From: Spirochaetia bacterium
Lineage (GTDB): Bacteria; Spirochaetota; Spirochaetia; SZUA-6; Bin103
Reading direction: 5' to 3'
Assembly: GCA_965199955.1 (NCBI GenBank)
Contig: CBDATQ010000002.1
Span: forward strand, 32,001 to 96,000
DNA length: 64,000 nucleotides
Both the position numbers and the translations under genes were made by a program. The notes under the pieces were generated by a model, which was not told the origin of the DNA, searched no databases, and was given only the letters and a program-made list of their open reading frames with translations. Positions 54,624-62,266 of the stretch are shown piece after piece; position 1 is the stretch's first letter; each line of letters starts with the position of its first letter.

Positions 54624-55745
54624 GAGGTGGACGGCGTAGGCGCGGTGCCCGGTCGCGGAGCCCCGCCGGAAGTGGCCGAACACGTACATCGCCTCGGAAT
54701 CGCCGACGGGGACGAAGGTGCCGTTCATGGCGTTGTAGTAGTTGTCGAACGGCTCGTCGTCAGGGGTGCGGTCGAACAGGAGGTCCGTGCTCCAGGTGCG
54801 GCCCAGGTCGAAGCTGCGCGCAATGTGCATCCCGCAGAACGAGTGGCCGCGGTGGCGGCTCCAGTGCGAAGGCAGGCGGGCCGGCAGGACCAGGGAGCCG
54901 TCGGGCAGCGCCAGGCCGTCGGTCGGCGCTCCGGTTCCGGACAGGTCGGTCGGCTCCGGGGTCGACCACGTCTCGCCGCGGTCACGGGACTCCGCGCGGA
55001 AGAACAGGCAGTCGCTGGAGCGCGGATTGGTGCCGGGGATGCCGCCCAGATGGTCGCGGCCGCGGATGACCGAGACCAGCGTGCCGCCCCCGGCGGAGAA
55101 CAGGGTCTGCTCGTTGTAGCCGGCCATCACCTCCGGGTCCTTGCGGACCGCCGGATCCGGCTCGTAGCCGACCTGCCGGTAACGGAGCGTGTGGCCGCCG
55201 TCGTCCGAGAGGAGCACCCCGCACTGCCAGTTGTCGCCGCGCACAGCCGAACCCCACATCGTGAACACCAGCCGCCCGTCCGGCAGGGCGATGCCGGGCG
55301 CGATGAACTGCTCGGTGAGGAAGGTGCCGGCGGCGATCCGGTTCCAGGAGAACTCGTCCGCATCCGGCGCACGGTGCCCGATGAGGATGTCGCTGGGCCG
55401 ATAGAGCCCGCGCCCGCCGAGGGAGCGGTCGAAGCCCCTGGGCAGGTAGATGCCGGCGGCGACCACGGTGCCGTCGTCCAATACGTGCGCGGGGGCGACG
55501 CCCTGGAACTCGGTCTCGGGATCTTCGAGCGGCGGCCCGAACGGAAGCGGCTCCGTCCAGGTGGCGCCCAGATCGTCGCTCTGGGTGAGCAGCGAGGAGA
55601 TGCCTTGCTCCGCGTCGCTCGCTCGCTGCACGGTCATCACCAGCCGGCCGCGGCTCTTGACGAGCGAGCAGCCGCTGGCCGGATATCGGTCGTCGTCGAA
55701 CAGGACCCGGTAGTCGGTTACCTGGAGGTCGCAACGATCGGTCAT
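54612..55745 (-). CDS. Sialidase-family BNR Asp-box protein
   Basis: SDDLGATW, SDDGGHTL, SRDRGETW, SFDLGRTW; GYNEQ, SVIRG; no signal peptide. Confidence 0.85.
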   Translation of the reverse strand: MTDRCDLQVTDYRVLFDDDRYPASGCSLVKSRGRLVMTVQRASDAEQGISSLLTQSDDLGATWTEPLPFGPPLEDPETEFQGVAPAHVLDDGTVVAAGIYLPRGFDRSLGGRGLYRPSDILIGHRAPDADEFSWNRIAAGTFLTEQFIAPGIALPDGRLVFTMWGSAVRGDNWQCGVLLSDDGGHTLRYRQVGYEPDPAVRKDPEVMAGYNEQTLFSAGGGTLVSVIRGRDHLGGIPGTNPRSSDCLFFRAESRDRGETWSTPEPTDLSGTGAPTDGLALPDGSLVLPARLPSHWSRHRGHSFCGMHIARSFDLGRTWSTDLLFDRTPDDEPFDNYYNAMNGTFVPVGDSEAMYVFGHFRRGSATGHRAYAVHLRWD

Positions 55746-55879
55746 GACGGAGTCACGGTATCATTTTCTCCGGAAGGCACCGTTCAGCCGTGCGCGCGTG
55801 CCGATGATGGTGGTGTGCCCGGCACAAAAGCCTCAAATTCCCGGGATCGGCACCGATGGGTTTCGCCTGACGGCATCGT

Positions 55880-56893
55880 TCATCCGGCCACCGCCTCGAA
55901 GACGCGCATGAAATTGCCGCCTGCGATCTTCTCGATGGTCCCGTGTTCGTAGCCGCGGGCCCGCAACCCCGCCATGAGGTGGCCTACCTCACTGATGTCA
56001 CCGACGCCGGCCGGCCGCGCCTCGACCTGACCGAGAAAGTCGGTGCCGAACCCGACGTGATCCGGTCCCACCAGCGCCACCATGTGATCGATGTGGTCGA
56101 GCAGCAGCTCGAGAGCGGCCGTTTCGGGGGTTGGCCCGAGCGGGGTCGGGCTGGGACAGATGAGGCCGCCGGTCGCGGCGATGGCGCGGAGTTGATCATC
56201 GTCGAAATAGCGGGGCGTATCGCGCAACGCCCGCGCGTTGCCGTGAGTCGCAACGACGGGGGCGGTGGTGATCGCCAGCGTGTCCCGGAACGTGGCCGCT
56301 TCCATGTGCGTCACGTCGACCAGCATGCCGAGCCGGTTCATCTCGCCCACGACCGCGTGCCCTGCCGGCGTGAGGCCGCCGGGGCCGTCGATGTGGCTGT
56401 CATGGACGCGCATCTCCGGACCGTTCCAGACCTGTGTTGCCGTCCCCAGGGCATTGCGCCCTTCGTGCACCAGGCCGACGTGCCGCAGGCCGAGTCGGTG
56501 CAGCGTGCGCAGGAGGCTGACGTCGCCCTTGAGTGCATCACCGCCCTCCAGGCCGAGTATGAGGGCGACCTTGCCGTCCGCCCGGGCCGCCTCGATATCG
56601 CCGGCGCAAACCGCCAGCGTGACATGATCGCCTGCCGGACCGTTCAGCTCGTGATGCAGGTAGTCGACCATCTGCAACAGTTTCCGCAGCGGCTGCCGGC
56701 TGGCATGCGGCCCGCCGGTCGCGGCGTCCGGCACCCAGCAGGCGGTGAGCTGCGCGGCCACGCCGCCGGCGCGCATCATCGGCACATCGGTGAGCCCGCC
56801 CAGCGCCTCGTGCAGGTGCCGTTGTGTGTCGAAAGCCTGGTCCAGCGTGTGGCCGTGGGCGTCGATGACAGGTGGTTCGGTCGCGTGTGTCAT
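55880..56893 (-). CDS. Membrane dipeptidase family (peptidase M19) protein
   Basis: VIDAHGH, LGLEGG, GGLTPAG..MNRLGMLVDVTH, VATHGNA, HIDHMV..GPDHVGFGTDF, KIAGGNFMRVF. Confidence 0.93.
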   Translation of the reverse strand: MTHATEPPVIDAHGHTLDQAFDTQRHLHEALGGLTDVPMMRAGGVAAQLTACWVPDAATGGPHASRQPLRKLLQMVDYLHHELNGPAGDHVTLAVCAGDIEAARADGKVALILGLEGGDALKGDVSLLRTLHRLGLRHVGLVHEGRNALGTATQVWNGPEMRVHDSHIDGPGGLTPAGHAVVGEMNRLGMLVDVTHMEAATFRDTLAITTAPVVATHGNARALRDTPRYFDDDQLRAIAATGGLICPSPTPLGPTPETAALELLLDHIDHMVALVGPDHVGFGTDFLGQVEARPAGVGDISEVGHLMAGLRARGYEHGTIEKIAGGNFMRVFEAVAG

Positions 56894-56982
56894 GTCCTCA
56901 GCATCTTCCTCGGCACGCTGCGGATCGCATGATAACGTGTTCGGTTCCGGGTCAAGACCGGAGAGGAGTATGGAAGCAGGAA

Positions 56983-58167
56983 ATGACGACCCGATCAGGA
57001 GCTGACACCGCTACGTTCGACGGTTCGAGTGTGCCGATCGAGGTCATGCCGGGCCTCGAGTACTCCGTCGTCCGACGAGTGGACGACTCCTGTCCGCGCA
57101 ATGACATGGGGTCGGTGACCCGTCTCACCGACGGTCGCCTGCTGGTCGCCTGGCAGAAATACACGAGCAGCGATTACGGCAGCCAGGATTACGGCGAGAT
57201 CGAGATTGCGTCCCGTCTCTCCCATGACGACGGGCGGAGCTGGCAAGATGAGCGAGTCCTGGTGCGGCCTCATCTGGAAACCGATTTCAACGTGCAGGCG
57301 CCGGCCTTGCGAAGGCTGGCCTCCGGGGATCTGTTGCTGATGTGCCTGCGCGCTCACCGGGGCGGCACGGAGACGCATCCGGAAAGCTCCAGCAGCACGA
57401 TGGAGTTGTTCCGTTCGAAGGACGACGGGGATACATTCGAGTCGTTCGGCTGCCTCTGGCGGCGCACCGAGGGGAACTGGATGCAGGGTGGCGTGACGAG
57501 CTTGCTGCAGTTGCGGTCCGGGCGGCTGCTCGTGCCGTTCGAATTCGGGACCGGAGGACAGTTCACGCAGCACTACCGGATCTCCTGCATGCTCTCCGAC
57601 GACGAGGGTACGAGCTGGCAGCGGGCGACGGGTGTGATCGATCTGCCGATGCGCGGAGCGATCGAGCCGTCGGTTGCGGAGCTCCCGGACGGGGACCTGG
57701 TGATGTCGATTCGAACGCAGTTGGGCTCCGTCTTCCTGTCGCACTCGTCGGACCAGGGAGAGACCTGGTCGCTGCCGCAGACGAGCGGGCTGCGCGCGCC
57801 CGAAACCGCGAGCTGCCTCCGGTGCCTTCCGGGGACCGACCATCTGCTGCTGCTCTGGGTCAACTCGCCGTACGACCCCAGACACCACCACTACGGCGTG
57901 CGCACGCCGCTGTGTCTGGGGTTCTCACGCGATCGGGGGCGAAGCTGGACGAACCTCGGCGTGTTGGCGCATCGAGAGGAGTTCAACTTCTTCGATATGG
58001 GAATGGACTTCGTCGATGACGATACCGCGATCGTCACGTACGGCGCCGCCGGCCCGAACAGGAAAGAGGGGTCGCCGTGGCTCAACCTGGAGGTCATGGA
58101 CCTGCATGCGATACGTGTCACGCGCGACTGGCTCGTCGAGCGCGTGAAGCGGGTCGAGGGCGCCTGA
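56983..58167 (+). CDS. Sialidase-family BNR Asp-box protein (paralog of 30445-31497)
   Basis: Five Asp boxes; IDLPMRGAIEPSVAE, IRTQLG, HHHYGVRTPL. Start approximate. Confidence 0.85.
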   Translation: MTTRSGADTATFDGSSVPIEVMPGLEYSVVRRVDDSCPRNDMGSVTRLTDGRLLVAWQKYTSSDYGSQDYGEIEIASRLSHDDGRSWQDERVLVRPHLETDFNVQAPALRRLASGDLLLMCLRAHRGGTETHPESSSSTMELFRSKDDGDTFESFGCLWRRTEGNWMQGGVTSLLQLRSGRLLVPFEFGTGGQFTQHYRISCMLSDDEGTSWQRATGVIDLPMRGAIEPSVAELPDGDLVMSIRTQLGSVFLSHSSDQGETWSLPQTSGLRAPETASCLRCLPGTDHLLLLWVNSPYDPRHHHYGVRTPLCLGFSRDRGRSWTNLGVLAHREEFNFFDMGMDFVDDDTAIVTYGAAGPNRKEGSPWLNLEVMDLHAIRVTRDWLVERVKRVEGA

Positions 58168-58173
58168 GCCGCA

Positions 58174-58560
58174 TTGACCGCCGCGGTCTACGCTCCGCAC
58201 GGGCCCATCGCGCTCGCAGACTGCTCGTTGGCCTGCCTCGGGCGCGGCCTGGACGAACGAGGCACGCCGTTCCTCGGGCTGGCAAGGTCCGACGATGGCG
58301 GCACATCGTGGGAATTGATCTGGCGGCACACGCTGGCGGACGTGACCTTGGCAGAAACGGCCGACGGCCGCCTGGTCGTGTCCGAAGATCGGGGCCGAAG
58401 CTGGCACCACCGCTCCACGGTCTTCGTGTCGGACCGGGAGCGAGGGGTGGAAGTGGCCGGCGAGCCGAGCATCACCGAACGCGACGCCGGCTGGGGCCTG
58501 CACAAGGCGATCAAGGTCCGCGAGATTCGGGCCACGCCCCGCGCTGTCGCGCCAACTGAC
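58174..58560 (+). pseudogene. Decayed BNR/sialidase-like gene
   Basis: Short patchwork with SDDGGTSW, AETADGRLVV and SEDRGRSW; far too short for a propeller and without a convincing start. Confidence 0.65.
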
Positions 58561-58682
58561 TCGCTTCCATCGGCTCGGCGCGATCCCGGGAGCCTGCCGC
58601 GGCATGTCGGCAGGCTTGCTGCCGTGTCAACGAGGAAGTCCTTGTCCAGCCACGGTTCACCTCGCCCACGGTATCATGGGCT

Positions 58683-59672
58683 ATGACACGAATTACCGAG
58701 CGCCTGCGGGAGGGGGATCGGCTGCTGCTCGACGGCGGCACGGGCTCGGAGCTGCAGCGGCGCGGCGTCGACGTGCTGCTCGGATCGACCGGCCGGCTCA
58801 AGGCGTGGTCGGCGACCGCCAACCTGGCCGCCGGCGACGTGGTCCGGCAGGTCCACCAGGACTACCTGCGGGTGGGCGCCGACATCATCACCAGCAACAA
58901 CTTCTGGACCAGCCCCGGCCGCCTGGCGACGCTTGATGCCGGCGACGACTGGCGGACCTACGCCGAGGCGGCCGCGCGCAACGCGCTGGCCGCGCGTGAG
59001 GCCGGCAACAAGCGGGCGCACGTGGCTGGCGGCATCGCGCCGCCGGCGCTGCAGGACCGGGACACCGGGGACCTCGCCTCCGACGTCGCCCGCCTGGGGG
59101 AGAGCGCGTTCGCCGGCGAGATCGGCGACCACGCGCGGCTGCTCGCCGCCGCCGGCGTCGACCTCATCCTGCTGGAGTATCTGGGCTACATCGAGGAGTG
59201 CGCCGCCGCCGTGCGGGCGTGCGCGGACATCGATCTGCCGCTGTTCGTCGGCGTTCGCCACATCGGCGCCGACGGCTCGATGCAGTACGGAGAGTCGCTC
59301 GCCGATCTGGCAGCCGAGATGCAGGGCCTGCCCCGAGCTCCGGACGCCATCCTGCTGATGTGCAGCAACCCGGAGGCGGTCGACGCCGGGCTGCCGATCC
59401 TGCGCGAGGCCACCGACGGCCCGATCGGCTGCTACCCGAACCTGGGCTACAACCCGACCGGGCCGGTCGCGAACCGGCCGGTGCTCACCAACCAGCGCCC
59501 GAGCGTCAGCCCGGACATCCTGCAGAGCGCGGACTATCCGCCGGCCCGACTGGCCGAGTTCGCCCGCCGGTGGCTGGACGCCGGCGCGCAGATCGTCGGC
59601 GGCTGCTGCGCGTCGGGACCGGAGCACATCCTGGCGCTGCGCGCGGTCATCGACGATGCCGCAGCGAGCTGA
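58683..59672 (+). CDS. Homocysteine S-methyltransferase family protein
   Basis: LLLDGGTGSELQRRG, HQDYLRVGADIITSN, Zn ligands LMCS and VGGCCASGPEHI, GCYPN. Confidence 0.92.
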   Translation: MTRITERLREGDRLLLDGGTGSELQRRGVDVLLGSTGRLKAWSATANLAAGDVVRQVHQDYLRVGADIITSNNFWTSPGRLATLDAGDDWRTYAEAAARNALAAREAGNKRAHVAGGIAPPALQDRDTGDLASDVARLGESAFAGEIGDHARLLAAAGVDLILLEYLGYIEECAAAVRACADIDLPLFVGVRHIGADGSMQYGESLADLAAEMQGLPRAPDAILLMCSNPEAVDAGLPILREATDGPIGCYPNLGYNPTGPVANRPVLTNQRPSVSPDILQSADYPPARLAEFARRWLDAGAQIVGGCCASGPEHILALRAVIDDAAAS

Positions 59673-59679
59673 CGGAGAG

Positions 59680-60430
59680 GTGGCGGCCATCCGGATCGCG
59701 ACGGTCGACGACGTCCAGGAGGCCGAGAGCGGCATACGCCGGCACGTGTCGGCGGCGCGCATGAAGGTGGAGCTGACGCGGTCATTCGGCGCGGAGATCC
59801 GCACGTACGACATCGCGCGCGACCACGAGACGGGAGAGCGGGACCGGCTGACGCGCGAGATCGCCGACCGGGAGGGAGCGGTCCAGGCCTCGCCGTACGA
59901 CGATGCGGACGTGATCGCCGGCAACGGCGTGGGCGGCCTGGAGATCGTGCGCGAGCTGCGGGCGCAGGGACGCGCGGCTTCCCACCTGTTCTGCCAGGTC
60001 TCGGGCGGCGGCCTCATGGCCGGTCACGCGCTGGTATTCGCGGCCGGCTTTCCGCGGGGCGTGATCGTCGGCGTCGAGCCGCAAGGCGCGGACTTCGGAG
60101 AATCCCTCGATGCGGGGCGGCGCGTGCGCATCGATCGCCCGGCGAGCATCTGTGACGGCCTGCTGTCCTACGACGTCGGCGAGCACAACTGGCCGATCCT
60201 CCGGCAACACGTTGCGCAGGCCGTCGCCGTGCCGGACCGGGAGACGCGCGAAGCGATGCGATGGCTCTACGACCGGCACGGCGTGCGCACCGAGCCTTCC
60301 GGGTGCGATCGCGACGGCGGCGCTCTTGAGCGGGCGCGTCAGCCTTGATGGCGAGGGAGACGTGGTGGTGATCCTCAGCGGACGCAACGCCGACGAGGAT
60401 CAGTTTCGCGCCTGGATCACGCTGGAATAG
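59680..60430 (+). pseudogene. PLP-dependent threonine/serine dehydratase family pseudogene
   Basis: N-terminal helix DDVQEAESGIRRHV joins directly to KVELTRSFGAEI, so the PLP-lysine SFKxRG and SSGNH segments are missing. PYDDADVIAGNG, SGGGL and ICDGL are retained. Extra G at 60301-60303 (EPSG/AIATAALL..ILSGRN). Confidence 0.88.
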
Positions 60431-60486
60431 GCGAGTTGCCGTAACCGCGTCGACGCGCCCGCGCGCCATGCGTAGAGTGCGCGGCC

Positions 60487-62253
60487 ATGAAGATGAGTCG
60501 GCCGGTGCTCGCCCACGAGGTGCTGAGCGTGACCGGCGGTATGGTGGTCGCCCAGGACCGGCTGGGCGCCCGCATCGGCGTGGAGGTCCTGCAGCGGGGC
60601 GGAAATGCCGTGGACGCGGCGGTGACCACCGCCTTCGCGATGGGGGTGCTGCAGCCGCTCATGAACGGCGTGGGCGGCGGCGGGATGCTGGTCGCCCGCT
60701 TCGCCTCGGGCGAGGCCGGCTCGGTGGACTTCGGCATGCGCGCGGCCGCCGCGGCCCGGCCGGACATGTACGAGCTGGAGTCAGGCACCGACCGTCCGGA
60801 GACCGGCGGGCTGCGGTTCTCCCGCGGCTACGCGTGGCCGCTGGTCAAGGACCGGGCCAACGTCTACGGCCACGCGGCGATAGCGGTGCCGGGAACGGCG
60901 GCAGGTCTGGCGGCGGCCCTGGAACGATGGGGCACGATGAGCCTGGACCAGGCGCTGCTGCCGGCGATCCGGCTGGCGCGCAACGGGTTCCCGGTCGGCC
61001 ACCACTTCGTCCTGATGCTGGTCAGCGGGCGGCCGATCATGACCCGCTACCCGGCGACCCGCGAGACCTACTACCCCGGCGGCCATCCGCTGGCCGTGGG
61101 CGAGACGCTGGTGCAGCGCGATCACGCACGCACGCTGGAGCTCATCGCCCGCCACGGACCGGACGGCTTCTACCGGGGCGAGGTGGCCGATCGCATCGCC
61201 TCCGAGATGGCCGCGCACGGCGGCACGATCCGGCAGGAGGACCTGGCCGGCTACCGGCCGTTCGTGCACGACACGGTGCTGGAGGCCGGCTACCGGGGGT
61301 ACGGGGTGCTGGGCGTCCCCGGTCCGAACGGCGGCACGGCCGTCGCCGAGGCGCTCCACATCCTCGAGCACTTCGACCTGGCCCGCCACGGCTGGGGCTC
61401 GGTGGAGGCGCTGCACCTGGTGATCGAGGCGATCCGCCGGGCAGCGGTGGACCGGTACTCGTACCTGGGCGACCATCCGGATGCGCCGTTCGACACTCTG
61501 ACGGAGCCGGGCTACGCGGCGACGCGGGCGCGGGCGATCAGCCCGGACGGCGACGGTCCCGCCGCCGCCGGCGACCCGTGGGCATGGCGAGGGGTCCCGC
61601 GACCCGCGGACCTGCCGGCTCCCGCGGGTGTTTCGGCGGACGGCGGCACCACGCACATCGCGGTGGTGGACGCGGATCGCAACGCCGTGTGTCTGACGCA
61701 GACCAACATGTCGTGGTCCGGGGTGATCGTCCCCGGCGTCGGCGTGATGATGAACAACGCGATGACCTGGTTCTATCCGGCGCCGGGGACCGTGAACTCG
61801 ATCGTTCCGGGCGGGCGCGGGCTGAACAACATGACGCCGCTGATCCTGGTCCGCGACGGCCGGCTGCACGCCGTGCTCGGCGCGTCCGGGGGCCGCCGCA
61901 TCTGGTCGGCTCTGGTGCAGGCGTGCGTGAACCACGTCGAGCTCGGCATGGACCTGCAACAGGCCGTGCAGGCGCCGCGCCTGCACGTGGAGTCGGACCA
62001 GGTGCTGCTGGACGGCCGCTTCGGCGTCGAAGTGCGGGCCGGCCTGGAGCAGCTCGGCCACGAGGTCACGGTGGCGACCCCGTACTACAACCGCTCACCC
62101 TATGCGGAGCCGAACGGCATACAGGTGGCCGGTGGCGAGCTCCGCAGCGCCGTCTACCCGGTCGCCAAGCCGACGCACGCCGCCGGCTACCCCGGCGACA
62201 CCCTGGAGGACTCGGACGCCGGCATCGACGCCGGCATGCTGTCGCACCCGTAA
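60487..62253 (+). CDS. ggt: Gamma-glutamyltransferase family protein
   Basis: GGNAVDAAV, NGVGGGG, VPGT, FYRGEVA, autocleavage site GTTHIAVVD, GASGGRRI, APRLH; no signal peptide. Confidence 0.92.
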   Translation: MKMSRPVLAHEVLSVTGGMVVAQDRLGARIGVEVLQRGGNAVDAAVTTAFAMGVLQPLMNGVGGGGMLVARFASGEAGSVDFGMRAAAAARPDMYELESGTDRPETGGLRFSRGYAWPLVKDRANVYGHAAIAVPGTAAGLAAALERWGTMSLDQALLPAIRLARNGFPVGHHFVLMLVSGRPIMTRYPATRETYYPGGHPLAVGETLVQRDHARTLELIARHGPDGFYRGEVADRIASEMAAHGGTIRQEDLAGYRPFVHDTVLEAGYRGYGVLGVPGPNGGTAVAEALHILEHFDLARHGWGSVEALHLVIEAIRRAAVDRYSYLGDHPDAPFDTLTEPGYAATRARAISPDGDGPAAAGDPWAWRGVPRPADLPAPAGVSADGGTTHIAVVDADRNAVCLTQTNMSWSGVIVPGVGVMMNNAMTWFYPAPGTVNSIVPGGRGLNNMTPLILVRDGRLHAVLGASGGRRIWSALVQACVNHVELGMDLQQAVQAPRLHVESDQVLLDGRFGVEVRAGLEQLGHEVTVATPYYNRSPYAEPNGIQVAGGELRSAVYPVAKPTHAAGYPGDTLEDSDAGIDAGMLSHP

Positions 62254-62266
62254 GGGCGGGGCCGCC

